59,151 bases of DNA from a virus (taxonomy: Duplodnaviria; Caudoviricetes): positions 1 through 59,151 of the IMG/VR virus record IMGVR_UViG_3300044999_000021; one strand, written 5' to 3'. The notes under the pieces were generated by a model, which saw only the letters and a program-made list of their open reading frames with translations, ran no database searches and was not told the DNA's origin. A program made the translations under genes and the position numbers. Below, piece after piece: positions 8,809 through 17,650 of the stretch (the first letter of the stretch is position 1; each line of letters begins with the position of its first letter).

Positions 8809-10560
8809 TCAGTTGTTCTTGCCCATCAGAATCTGATCGTTCACCTGCCGCTTGATCTCGCGTTTCACTTCATCCAGGCTCAGCTTGATCGCCTCTGTGA
8901 CCGCTTCGCCGACGCCGACCGCAAAATCCTTGGCTGCTGCGGCCTGCTTCTGATCCGAAGCCGCTCCCTGCTCGGCCCGCAGTTTGCGAACCTCGTCATC
9001 CTGCTCAGCCAGCGGTTTCCGAATCTGGTCGCGCATTCCCGGCGGAGCTAGTTCGGCGAGTGCGTCGCGGACCGGCTGGCCGATCTGGTCGCCACGCCGC
9101 TTTATCATCGGATTGAGAATTTCCGCCGCGCCGGGGATGGACTGGGCGCGGGCAATCAACTCGGGCGGCAATGCTCCGATGCCGTGCTGCCCGATCAGCC
9201 GCAGAATTTGGGCGTCCTCCATCGCCTGCGCCGGCGTTCCTGCGCCGTACTGAAGGGCACGGCCTTCCGCTCCCTGAGCGATCTGCCCCTTTACGGCTAG
9301 TAGGGCTTGCGCGTGGCCAAGTTCCGCTCTGGCAAGATCGACGCGCTTCTGTTCGATGTCTGCGATTTGCTTTTGACTCAGGGCAAGCTGTTCGCCAAGT
9401 TGTTTGCTCTTTTCAAGAGCCAGCCCTTGCGCCCCACTTGCATTGCCTGTCGCTTCGGTTCCCGCATTGGTAATTCGACCGCCGAAGTTTTGGAACCGAC
9501 CAAAAAACTGGCCTCGCAAATCATCGCGAGCCTTTTGCGCCCGGTCGGCGGCGGTTTGCAGAGTATCCGCATCGGTCCCTTGGACCGACACACCTGGACG
9601 CATTCCTCTGATTTGGCCAAGCGTAGCCGCATGTTCCCGTTCGCGCACCGCAAGTTGCTCGCGGGCGGCGTTGACCTGCGATGCGGACTGGTCAGCTGCC
9701 TCGGTCAGGCCACCGTAGGCTTCCCGGTAGCTGCTCAACCTACCCGGTGTCAGGCTTGCCGCGTAGGCCGCCGATGCGTTTGCTGTGGCTGTCGCATCGC
9801 CGGAGTGGATTGTGGCACCGTAAATCGTCTGTGCCAGTTGCGCGCGGCCCGCGGACTCGGCACGGACAGCCTGCATTTGCCGACCTAGGACTGTCAGGCC
9901 AGCGGAAGTCATCGCTGCAATGGCCGGTATTCCGGACAGAGCATAGCCCGCGTCGCCGATGCTCTTGACAAACCCGCCGAGAATTGGAATCCCTTCGAGA
10001 AGATGCTTCCCAAACAGACTTGCCGCTTCATTGGCAGATACACCGCCGCCGCTGCTCATGGCCCGCTGAGCCGCTAGGTCGCCGATTTCTCCAGCCGCAG
10101 AGCCGGCCGACGTAACCACCTTGCCAGCGGCGTAGGCGGCCCCGATGAGCGGAGCGGCCCGCATCGCCATGCCCGCGACACCGCCGAACGACCCGGCTTG
10201 CCGAGCATACCACGGCAACGACGCCTGACGCCGCTCCTCGATTTCTCGCCGTGCCTGTTCAATCTGCCGCGACTGCTCGGCTCCCTGAATTTGCCGGCGA
10301 GCTTGCAGGTGCGGATCGAACGGCAACGGCGGCGGCTCCGGGCGAAGCTGCCGCATCTGCTGCTTGATCGCCCGCTCTTTATCGACGGCCTCCAGCCGCT
10401 TCTGCGCCTCGGCGAGCGCGTCGAATTCCTTTTGCGTTCCCTTGGCAGCGGCCCCGGCCTCGCGGGTGCCGGCGGCCAGGTCCTTCATGGCCTTCGCGCC
10501 GTCGGACGTTTTTACCTTCAGGTCTAAAACGACTTCGGTATTTTGGGTCTGATCCGACAT
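8809..10560 (-). CDS. Tail tape measure protein, 583 aa
   Basis: Ala/Gln-rich helical protein directly after the tail chaperone frameshift pair. Confidence 0.75.
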   Translation of the reverse strand: MSDQTQNTEVVLDLKVKTSDGAKAMKDLAAGTREAGAAAKGTQKEFDALAEAQKRLEAVDKERAIKQQMRQLRPEPPPLPFDPHLQARRQIQGAEQSRQIEQARREIEERRQASLPWYARQAGSFGGVAGMAMRAAPLIGAAYAAGKVVTSAGSAAGEIGDLAAQRAMSSGGGVSANEAASLFGKHLLEGIPILGGFVKSIGDAGYALSGIPAIAAMTSAGLTVLGRQMQAVRAESAGRAQLAQTIYGATIHSGDATATANASAAYAASLTPGRLSSYREAYGGLTEAADQSASQVNAAREQLAVREREHAATLGQIRGMRPGVSVQGTDADTLQTAADRAQKARDDLRGQFFGRFQNFGGRITNAGTEATGNASGAQGLALEKSKQLGEQLALSQKQIADIEQKRVDLARAELGHAQALLAVKGQIAQGAEGRALQYGAGTPAQAMEDAQILRLIGQHGIGALPPELIARAQSIPGAAEILNPMIKRRGDQIGQPVRDALAELAPPGMRDQIRKPLAEQDDEVRKLRAEQGAASDQKQAAAAKDFAVGVGEAVTEAIKLSLDEVKREIKRQVNDQILMGKNN

Positions 10561-10561
10561 G

Positions 10562-10990
10562 TCACTGGTCCTTTCGTCTCAGCATCCGTCCCAACGTCAC
10601 CAGACCCTCGGTCGCGCTCTGCCGTTCAACGATGTCCTCGACCTCGCGAATGATCGCCGCGTGTCTCCGCACCAGCGGATCGGCCACCTCCGGAACCTGC
10701 CAGCCCACCGCTCGGCATTCGCGGTAGTGCATCCAACACTCCCGGTTCCGTTCGTCCAGTTCCACCGCCGATGCCGGGATGGGCGGTTCTCCCGGCGGTA
10801 CTTTCGGGCAACGGTCGCATGGCGTCGGACCCCTTCGTTTCATCCGGTCGGCCGGGTCGGTTGACGACGACGGCTTGTGGACGCAAACTCCGGTCGGCTC
10901 ATACTGAAATTCGATGCACTCGGCACAACTCAGAGCGGCCGTGGCTGGATGAGCCAATTCCAGCCAAATGCCGCGGGCTAGTTTTTTCCC
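10562..10990 (-). CDS. Tail assembly chaperone -1 frameshift extension (GT-like), Cys-rich
   Basis: -1 frame from GGGAAAAAAC reads KLARGIWLELAHPATAALSCAEC... up to 2 nt before the tape measure start. Confidence 0.75.
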   Translation of the reverse strand, partial: GKKLARGIWLELAHPATAALSCAECIEFQYEPTGVCVHKPSSSTDPADRMKRRGPTPCDRCPKVPPGEPPIPASAVELDERNRECWMHYRECRAVGWQVPEVADPLVRRHAAIIREVEDIVERQSATEGLVTLGRMLRRKDQ

Positions 10991-11337
10991 GCACCCACGC
11001 TCGGCCCTTGATAGCCGAGGATGCGGTTGACAATTCCGTGCCAGAGGTTCGCATGGAGCTTCTTCAACGTCTCGGCGGTCAGCACCACCGGCTCGCCGAC
11101 AACCTCTTTGCCGGCCGCATCCACGTCGATCGGAGTGAAGGTCTGGTTCTCGACATGGCTGATAATCAGCTTCACCGCCGCCTCATCAGCCTTGGCCTCT
11201 GGCGTGGCTTGAAACGCCCGCGTCTCAGGACCGGTGCACGGCCGGTAGGTGAACCGCAAGGCCGGGTGAAGGCCAGCAACAGCCGGGATGGTGTCGGTGA
11301 AAGCGTAGCCGTCGGTAACAAACATCGAAACGGACAT
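10978..11337 (-). CDS. Tail assembly chaperone (G-like), 119 aa
   Basis: Between tail tube and tape measure, GGAG RBS, ends GCG GGA AAA AAC TAG. Confidence 0.75.
   Translation of the reverse strand: MSVSMFVTDGYAFTDTIPAVAGLHPALRFTYRPCTGPETRAFQATPEAKADEAAVKLIISHVENQTFTPIDVDAAGKEVVGEPVVLTAETLKKLHANLWHGIVNRILGYQGPSVGAGKN
10981..10990 (-). promoter_or_regulatory. Programmed -1 ribosomal frameshift site G GGA AAA AAC
   Basis: XXXYYYZ heptamers (GGGAAAA, AAAAAAC) at the canonical lambda G/GT position. Confidence 0.8.
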
Positions 11338-11354
11338 CGAATAGTCTCCGTGAA

Positions 11355-12272
11355 TCAAGAGGTTGCCAAAGTAACCGCCAATTCGTCGCCGGCTGCGGTC
11401 GTTCCCCGGGCTGATCCGGACAACGCCAGCATGATCTCTTCTCGGCTGGACGCGGTCGGCGTCGGGTCCTCGAATTGCACCAGCGGCATCGAGAATGTCA
11501 GGACGTAAACGCCGTTCGTGTAGACCGCTGTGACGGGGACGCCGCCTTGGCTCAATGCGTAAGCCGCTGCGGCGTCGCCGTAGGGAAGGCTGGCCGACAC
11601 GGCAATACGCCGGTCGGTCGCCTGAATGGTTTGCAGGTCTTGAGTGTTGAAGTACCGCCCGGCATCGACGGCGTTGTCGAGCGTGATCGTGAAGTCCTTG
11701 CACTGGTAGATCGTGCTGTTGATTGTCAGCACCAATTCATGGTGCATCCAGGGATTCGTCGTCTTGTCCAGCGTGAACGACGGGAAGCTGCTGCCGGCAG
11801 TCGTGCTGTCCTCGGAACTGAGCCCGGACCCGACCGCGCCGAGCAAGTCCAGGTCAGCCGCGAGCGGAGCGCCTTGAGACGAACTAATCCGAGCGCTGCC
11901 CACGCCGACAACGGGATATTTGAAGATTTTGCCGGCACCCGTCGGGCTCAGGCCGCGCAGCACCCAATATGCCTGCATCAGGAGATTTTCAGCTTGCGGG
12001 TAACTGGTTCCGCTGGGAGTGCCGCCGAGAATCCACGGCAGCAACGTCTCCCATTCGATGGCCGTTGGTTGGCAGGACAGCGGACCACCCACCGGGCGGA
12101 TTCCCGGCACGGCCCGGTTAGCCCAGCGGGTTCGCGTTCCGGCGAGCGCGTTCGTGTCCACGAGCGGGCGCTGGCGCTTGAGGTTCTCGGAAACGAAGTC
12201 CATCGCCGTGCCCGGGGTGCCGTTGGCAGCGCCCAAGAGCAGCTTGGCAGTCACGCCCATTGATCCGGCCAT
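11355..12272 (-). CDS. Tail tube (major tail) protein, 305 aa
   Basis: Size, synteny and tube-like motifs (LAGTRTR, DFTITLDN, RRIAVSASL); no sheath gene seen. Confidence 0.8.
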   Translation of the reverse strand: MAGSMGVTAKLLLGAANGTPGTAMDFVSENLKRQRPLVDTNALAGTRTRWANRAVPGIRPVGGPLSCQPTAIEWETLLPWILGGTPSGTSYPQAENLLMQAYWVLRGLSPTGAGKIFKYPVVGVGSARISSSQGAPLAADLDLLGAVGSGLSSEDSTTAGSSFPSFTLDKTTNPWMHHELVLTINSTIYQCKDFTITLDNAVDAGRYFNTQDLQTIQATDRRIAVSASLPYGDAAAAYALSQGGVPVTAVYTNGVYVLTFSMPLVQFEDPTPTASSREEIMLALSGSARGTTAAGDELAVTLATS

Positions 12273-12286
12273 GTCTCACCATCGAT

Positions 12287-12364
12287 CACCCTCCCCCGGG
12301 TGTCTTCCGTGTTTCACAGCGGCAGGACGGCGGAAGATGCCGTCCGGGTTGCAAGCCCTGCCGC
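12287..12364 (-). ncRNA. Cis structured RNA motif, copy 2
   Basis: P1 GCGGC/GCCGC, P2 GGGCT-TGC-AACCC, P3 GGACGGC/GCCGTCC; loop TCTTCC pairs with downstream GGAAGA; P4 CACCC-GGGGGA-GGGTG. Confidence 0.7.
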
Positions 12365-12369
12365 GATTT

Positions 12370-13149
12370 CTACGCTCCGAATCCCCGCGCCTCCCGGCAA
12401 ACGAACCGCATCAGAAACGCCGAGCCGGTGACCGCTAACAGTCCAAGTTTACCCGATACCGTAACGGCGTCCGGTTCAATTCGGCATGTCATGACCTCGG
12501 GGACGCCCGGCAACAACTGCTCCCGGAACGATCGTAGCAGGCCCTGCCGGTTCTTGTGCCGCCGCTTGTCGATCGCCTGCCGGTCCGCTGGCGTCTCGGG
12601 TTCGCGGTCCAGCAGGGTCACCATGACCGGATAGCCGCGGTCGTCCCGCTGGTTCGTGCCGCCGATCTCCGATTCGCTCTTGCCGAAGATGCTCAGCACC
12701 ACGCACGGGAACTGCACGGCGCTCAGGTCTTCATATTCCTTGACATACACCTGCGCGATTCCAGGGAGGGCCAGCAGTTTGATCCGGGCTTGTGTGGCGT
12801 CGAATATCCTATCGTGCAGGCAGTCCAGCCCGCTCGTCGCCACAGCATAGACCGGCATCGAAAACGAGCATACGCCCCCGGACGTTTGCGACACGGCCCA
12901 CCAAAGGTAGAACCCGTTCGGCGTCGCTACCGAAACGCTTCCGCTGGAGACAAGGCTGGCAACCTGATGCCAGGGCAGGTTGATCCCCATCGCGCCTGTC
13001 CCGACAACCGCCTGCTGTGGAACGCCTCCCGATAACGAACTGCGGTAGACGATCGTGCTGGTCGCTGTTGGGTCGATTGTCAACGCAACCGTGTTGCCGC
13101 TGCCATTGGCGTTGTCCTGCACGGTGAGAACCGGGGAGGCAATGCTCAT
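12370..13149 (-). CDS. Putative tail terminator/neck protein with N-terminal beta domain, 259 aa
   Basis: Synteny just before tail tube; FPCVVLS motif typical of terminators. Confidence 0.55.
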   Translation of the reverse strand: MSIASPVLTVQDNANGSGNTVALTIDPTATSTIVYRSSLSGGVPQQAVVGTGAMGINLPWHQVASLVSSGSVSVATPNGFYLWWAVSQTSGGVCSFSMPVYAVATSGLDCLHDRIFDATQARIKLLALPGIAQVYVKEYEDLSAVQFPCVVLSIFGKSESEIGGTNQRDDRGYPVMVTLLDREPETPADRQAIDKRRHKNRQGLLRSFREQLLPGVPEVMTCRIEPDAVTVSGKLGLLAVTGSAFLMRFVCREARGFGA

Positions 13150-13619
13150 CGGGTCAGTCCCGTCTCCTGACCAAAGATCTTCCCGGCCAACGTTGCCAGA
13201 TTGCGCCGAAGTTTTTCGCTGAAGCCGACGAACGGCCGGGCAACCATGAACTTCGTGCCGTCCTGATGGAAGTGGGCGTAGGCCAAATTCGTTCCCAGCG
13301 TCAGACCGTCCTGCGTCGTCCGCTGAACGTGTCCTTGCCCGCTGGTGAGGCTGGCAAGCAGTAGCCCGGTATCACGCAGCGGCTGCTGAGTCCCTGCCCC
13401 CTTGGCCTTTCGGTCCCGCTTGCGTCGCCGTGGATGCTTTAGCGGAGCGAACGGCGTCCCATCCGGAGACTTGCTGTCATCAATGCCGCGTTTCAACTCC
13501 GAGGAGCAGAGAATCGCCGCCGCACTTAGGAACTTCGGCACGGCCCCGGGCATGGCGTTTGCGCCCGCCTCCAGTTGGTCGGCCATTTCGTCCAGAGATA
13601 TGCTTTTCCCGAATCCCAC
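13146..13619 (-). CDS. Phage virion morphogenesis protein (Mu G-like), 157 aa
   Basis: SPDGTPFAPL, LRDTGLLLASL, GTNLAYAHFHQDG, ARPFVGFS motifs. Confidence 0.85.
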   Translation of the reverse strand: MGFGKSISLDEMADQLEAGANAMPGAVPKFLSAAAILCSSELKRGIDDSKSPDGTPFAPLKHPRRRKRDRKAKGAGTQQPLRDTGLLLASLTSGQGHVQRTTQDGLTLGTNLAYAHFHQDGTKFMVARPFVGFSEKLRRNLATLAGKIFGQETGLTR

Positions 13620-13622
13620 GGG

Positions 13623-14045
13623 TCACCAGCGGGTGTTGAGGCTGAAGATGTCGCCACAGTTGCGGATCGGCCCGAACCCGACCCTCTGCTGCCCGTTCTG
13701 GACGTTCTGCAACGCGCCTGCGACCGTGAAGCTGACCGTCTTCAGTTCCTTGCGGCGGTCGTACTTCAACGGCCAAACATCGCCCGTTTCGGTGTTCACC
13801 TGATCGATCATGAGCCAGTAGATCGCCAAGTCCCGATTGAACTCGACAGCCCGGTCCCAAAGGTCGATCTGACTCTTGAGGAATCCCCGCTCCTGCATGA
13901 TGGTGAGGATGTCCCCGTACCCGCGGGCGTTGGCCACAGTGACCCCGTCGGACGTGCCCGGTGGCAGTTCCGACGCGTTGGTGTTCTTCATCAGAACGAC
14001 CGTCAGGTATGCCAGAATGTCAACGTCGCTGAGGTAGGTTGGCAT
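13623..14045 (-). CDS. Putative head-tail adaptor, 140 aa
   Basis: Helical protein starting MPTYLS..DI, at adaptor position after capsid. Confidence 0.55.
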   Translation of the reverse strand: MPTYLSDVDILAYLTVVLMKNTNASELPPGTSDGVTVANARGYGDILTIMQERGFLKSQIDLWDRAVEFNRDLAIYWLMIDQVNTETGDVWPLKYDRRKELKTVSFTVAGALQNVQNGQQRVGFGPIRNCGDIFSLNTRW

Positions 14046-14048
14046 GGG

Positions 14049-14312
14049 TCACTTCATGGATGGGCCGACCATCTTTTTCCGCTGGTTCTCTACCCTGCGA
14101 GCTTCCGCCTTCTCGGCATCCGCACGGTGGGCCATCGTCCGCAACATGCCGTCTTCAAGCGTCCCCTCTACGGGGACTGGATCAGGCTTCACTGCCAGCG
14201 GGTGGTTTGGCACGGGCAGCCCGCAGACGGAGCAGCAAATCACTTCGCCCTTCGTGCAGAGTTGGGCGCGGCATTGCTCGCACTGGCCCAGTCGGTTCAT
14301 CGTGTCCGGCAT
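14049..14312 (-). CDS. Small Zn-finger protein, 87 aa
   Basis: CEQC...CSVCG; GGAGG RBS. Confidence 0.65.
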   Translation of the reverse strand: MPDTMNRLGQCEQCRAQLCTKGEVICCSVCGLPVPNHPLAVKPDPVPVEGTLEDGMLRTMAHRADAEKAEARRVENQRKKMVGPSMK

Positions 14313-14321
14313 AGCGTCCTC

Positions 14322-14546
14322 CTAGATGTTTTGCTGGCAGATGCGGGCCAACACGCCCTGAACTCCGCCGACAAATGGCAGGTTGTTGGCGACAAGTCGC
14401 TCGTATTCCTCGTGAAAACCCCTGCTGTGGCGAGCGCACAAAAACCCCGGCCTGCTGACGCAATAGCACTCGCCTCGAGCGTCCATTTCATCAAGCTGTC
14501 GCATTTTCGCGACCTGCGGATGCTCTATGATGGGCAGATCATTCAT
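14322..14546 (-). CDS. Hypothetical protein, 74 aa
   Basis: ORF filling the gap after the capsid terminator. Confidence 0.55.
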   Translation of the reverse strand: MNDLPIIEHPQVAKMRQLDEMDARGECYCVSRPGFLCARHSRGFHEEYERLVANNLPFVGGVQGVLARICQQNI

Positions 14547-14560
14547 CGTCGCATCCCCGG

Positions 14561-14596
14561 AAAAGAAAACGGCCCGGCCAGCATTGGCCAGGCCGC
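14561..14596 (-). terminator. Rho-independent terminator after the major capsid gene
   Basis: CGGCCTGGCCA-ATGC-TGGCCGGGCCG followed by TTTTCTTTT. Confidence 0.7.
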
Positions 14597-14626
14597 AAGG
14601 TAACGTGAATCCACTCACCCGCCGCG

Positions 14627-15634
14627 TTAGTTCATGAAAGCGGAGGGGATGAACTTCGCCCACTTCTTGTACAAGTTCGGGTTGCTGATCGTCTGGGCCG
14701 TTCCGCTGCCCGGCGTTGCCCCCGAACCCTGACCACCCGGAACATACGTCGCGATGTTCTCCAGGCCCAACGCCTGCGCGGCGATCCGCTCCAGCTTGGT
14801 CGAGCCGACCAGGATCATGTTCGTGTCGTTGAACTCCGCCTGCTCGTGGATGTACTCGCCGTCCTCGCTGACAATCGCCTTCGGCAGCGTGAACGTCCGT
14901 AGCGCGTCGCTGATCGTCTGGAGGCCGACCTGGAAGTCCAGCACGGTCGGCAGGTTCGTCCACTCAAACAGGACGGCATCCCACCAGTAACCGAACGCGG
15001 CTTGGCCTTCCAAGTCGATCCAGTAGTGGATTTCCTTGGCTTCATAGGCCAAGTCCGATCCGGAGTTGTCGCGGAACTGAGCCGGCTTGCGGTCCTGCCA
15101 CAACAGCGGCTTGAGCGCTCCGCCGGTGTACATGGCTGCGAGACGGTAAACGAGTCCGTCGCTGTTGCCGTTGCCGGTCCCGGCGTAGAGGTTGTTGCCC
15201 GCGCCGATCGAATGGCTGCCGGCGAAGAAGTTCGATCCGTCGAAGCAAGCCGCGCTCTTCCCGGTGGCCAGCGTCTTGATGACAAACCGGCCGGGGAACA
15301 ACTTGGCCCGCATCGCCAGTTCGCGCGGCTTCAACTTGTAGCCGCCCGTCTGGTCGTCCTCGATGTCGCGCATCAGGACGCTGAAGGCCGCGTCGAATTC
15401 CTTGTTCTCGACCGTGTACTTGACAGTCGAGAGCTTTCCGAATCGCCGGTGGCCGGAGTATGCGGCCAGACCGGGAGCGGGGGACATCCAGGTGTAGTTT
15501 TCGATCCGAGCGGTACTCGGAATGACCTGGGTGAACTGTTCCCACGGCGCGGGTTCGGCGGTCGGCGCATAGGCGACCTCGAACTCATTCCGCATCGCGA
15601 CGGTGAAAATCTGGACCTGTGAGTCAATGGACAT
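14627..15634 (-). CDS. Major capsid protein, Mu gpT-like, 335 aa
   Basis: IPSTARIENYTWM, YTVENKEFDAAFSVLMRDIEDDQTG, CFDGSNFF, AAFGYWW motifs. Confidence 0.9.
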   Translation of the reverse strand: MSIDSQVQIFTVAMRNEFEVAYAPTAEPAPWEQFTQVIPSTARIENYTWMSPAPGLAAYSGHRRFGKLSTVKYTVENKEFDAAFSVLMRDIEDDQTGGYKLKPRELAMRAKLFPGRFVIKTLATGKSAACFDGSNFFAGSHSIGAGNNLYAGTGNGNSDGLVYRLAAMYTGGALKPLLWQDRKPAQFRDNSGSDLAYEAKEIHYWIDLEGQAAFGYWWDAVLFEWTNLPTVLDFQVGLQTISDALRTFTLPKAIVSEDGEYIHEQAEFNDTNMILVGSTKLERIAAQALGLENIATYVPGGQGSGATPGSGTAQTISNPNLYKKWAKFIPSAFMN

Positions 15635-15648
15635 TCATCACCGTCTCG

Positions 15649-15727
15649 CCCCCGCCCCAGGGGGTCCCCGTTTGTCTCAGGCGGCTGATTGGTCGGGGAT
15701 GACCAATCGGGGTGCCCCCCTGCCGCC
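15649..15727 (-). ncRNA. Cis structured RNA motif, copy 3 (most divergent)
   Basis: P1 GGCGGC/GCCGCC, P2 GGGG-GGCA-CCCC, P3 GATTGGTC/GACCAATC; loop TCCCC pairs with downstream GGGGA; P4 CCCCC-TGGGGC-GGGGG. Confidence 0.7.
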
Positions 15728-15740
15728 CTTTTTCGTGGCC

Positions 15741-15932
15741 TTACGCCGCGCCGTTCAACTCCGCATTGACTTCCCGTCCCCGGGCTTCGTCACTGGCCGC
15801 CTGCTCCGCTTCGAGGAGCATGTACCGCACGACCTGAAGCGCGCCGTCGCACCGGTTCAACTGCGCTAGAACACCGGCCCGCTCGTTTTCGAGCATGGCA
15901 ATTTTTGCTTTAAGATCGCCGATGGTCAGCAT
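15741..15932 (-). CDS. Small coiled-coil protein, 63 aa (possible fibre chaperone)
   Basis: TAATG overlap with upstream gene; heptad pattern. Confidence 0.6.
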   Translation of the reverse strand: MLTIGDLKAKIAMLENERAGVLAQLNRCDGALQVVRYMLLEAEQAASDEARGREVNAELNGAA

Positions 15933-17614
15933 TAGCTCGCCGCTCCCTTGATGACAGCGAAGTTGATGACGATGGCCTCGCTCAGCGTTCCGGCCGAAAG
16001 GTTGGTCACCGAAATCTGGCACGACCCCGCTGCCACCGTGTCAACGATGACTGCGTAGGTGCCCCCTGTGGCCGCCCCTGACTTGATTGAGACGACCACA
16101 GTATCGGTCGCTGCGATGGCCGAGTCGGTCAGCGTGAACGAGACGCGGGTCAGCGTTGTCAACGCCGCGTTGTTCATCGTGATCGCGCCGGTGACATTGT
16201 TGAGCGTCACACCGGTTGATTTGTTGGTCGCCTGGGTGACAGCGCCACCGGCCCCGGTTGCATAGCCCACGCCGCCGGTAGGCGACGTGCTTTTGACCGA
16301 GGTGCCAAAGGCAACCGCGGTGGCGTTCGTGCCGCCGATCGTGATGGTTCCACCCGTGCCGCCGGCTGCCGCCCCGCAGTCGATTGTGATGGAACCAGCC
16401 GTGCCGGTTCCACCAGCGGACGCACCGGAAGCGATTGTGACAGCGCCGCCCGTGCCGGTGCCGGTCGCAACGCCGCCGGTGACCTGCGCGGCCCCGCCGG
16501 AACCGTTGGTCGAAAGCGATGCCCCGCCGACAATCTTGGAAACGCCGCCGTTGCCGGTCGCACCAGCGCCGGATGCTCCACCGGTCAGGCCGGCGATGGC
16601 CCCCGCAGCCGTTCCGTTGCCGGCCCCGGCTGCGAGCGTCAGCGCTCCGGCTGTCGCATTGCCGTTCGTGCCTGCTCCCCCTGTGATTGTGACCGCCGCT
16701 CCGGACCCGGAAGTCGCCCCGCCGGCACCGCCGGTGATTGTCACAGCACCGCCGGTGCCAGTCGTTCCGCCGGCACCGCCGACCAGAGACGACGCCCCGC
16801 CAGCGGCCGAGCCTTGCCCGGCCCCGCCCGTAAGGCTGACAAGACCGCCGGCCGCATTGCCGGCCGTTCCCGCACCGCCGGCCATGACGACAGTTCCGCC
16901 CGCTCCGGACGCTGAACCACCGATGCCGCCGGTGACCGTAACCCCACCGCCGGTGTTGCCTGTTCCAGTGGCTGCGACACCGCCGATTTTCGTGACTTCC
17001 GACCCGTCGGTCGTCGTGAACGTCATATAGACGTTCGTGCCCTGCTGAATGACCAGCGCCGACGCTTCGTTGTCGGGGATGGCGATGTTGTTTTGGCCAG
17101 TCGTGCCGGCGAATGTCAGCGTGTTGTTCGCGATGGCCAGCGCCTGCGCGCCCGGTACCCATGCCGGGATGATCTCGACCATCGTTCCGGTCGTTCCGGT
17201 TGTCACTGTGAGGATGACCTTGGACACCCAGCCGACCAGAATCGAATTGGTGACACCGGCCACATAGGCGACATGGCTGTCGTCCAAAGCGTAGACCGCC
17301 TTGCCCTCATCCCCAGCGGTCGCAAGGGCGATCGGCATGGTGAACTTGAGCGGCTGATCGACCTCGACCAACTTGTCGCCGAGAACGTCGGTCGTTGCGA
17401 CAGTGACTTTGTCGCCGGTCGAGCTGCCGACCATGATGCCGGTGAATGTCAGGCCCGCAGTGTCGCCCGCCTTCACAGCGTTGCCCGACGCATTCAGGGC
17501 GATCATCGACCCGATGTAATAAGTCGCGTTCGTGCCGACATCGATTCGCCGGTAGTCTTTGGTCTGGGTGTATGGGACCGTTGTGGACCCGACGCCAGCG
17601 GTAGCATTCGCCAT
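15932..17614 (-). CDS. Capsid decoration-like domain fused to a long Gly-rich repeat region (putative head fibre), 560 aa
   Basis: N-terminal cement-like motif (IYxGSMIAL-type, GKAVYALDD, VGWV) then repeats of GGAVTITGGAG; lies between scaffold and capsid genes. Confidence 0.7.
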   Translation of the reverse strand: MANATAGVGSTTVPYTQTKDYRRIDVGTNATYYIGSMIALNASGNAVKAGDTAGLTFTGIMVGSSTGDKVTVATTDVLGDKLVEVDQPLKFTMPIALATAGDEGKAVYALDDSHVAYVAGVTNSILVGWVSKVILTVTTGTTGTMVEIIPAWVPGAQALAIANNTLTFAGTTGQNNIAIPDNEASALVIQQGTNVYMTFTTTDGSEVTKIGGVAATGTGNTGGGVTVTGGIGGSASGAGGTVVMAGGAGTAGNAAGGLVSLTGGAGQGSAAGGASSLVGGAGGTTGTGGAVTITGGAGGATSGSGAAVTITGGAGTNGNATAGALTLAAGAGNGTAAGAIAGLTGGASGAGATGNGGVSKIVGGASLSTNGSGGAAQVTGGVATGTGTGGAVTIASGASAGGTGTAGSITIDCGAAAGGTGGTITIGGTNATAVAFGTSVKSTSPTGGVGYATGAGGAVTQATNKSTGVTLNNVTGAITMNNAALTTLTRVSFTLTDSAIAATDTVVVSIKSGAATGGTYAVIVDTVAAGSCQISVTNLSAGTLSEAIVINFAVIKGAAS

Positions 17615-17650
17615 GATTCAACTCTCCAGTGAACTCGTTCCCGCCGGCCC

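Noticed and set aside
11355-13149. Contractile tail or tailocin
   Set aside because: No sheath or baseplate wedge genes recognised; G/GT frameshift and tube layout fit a siphovirus
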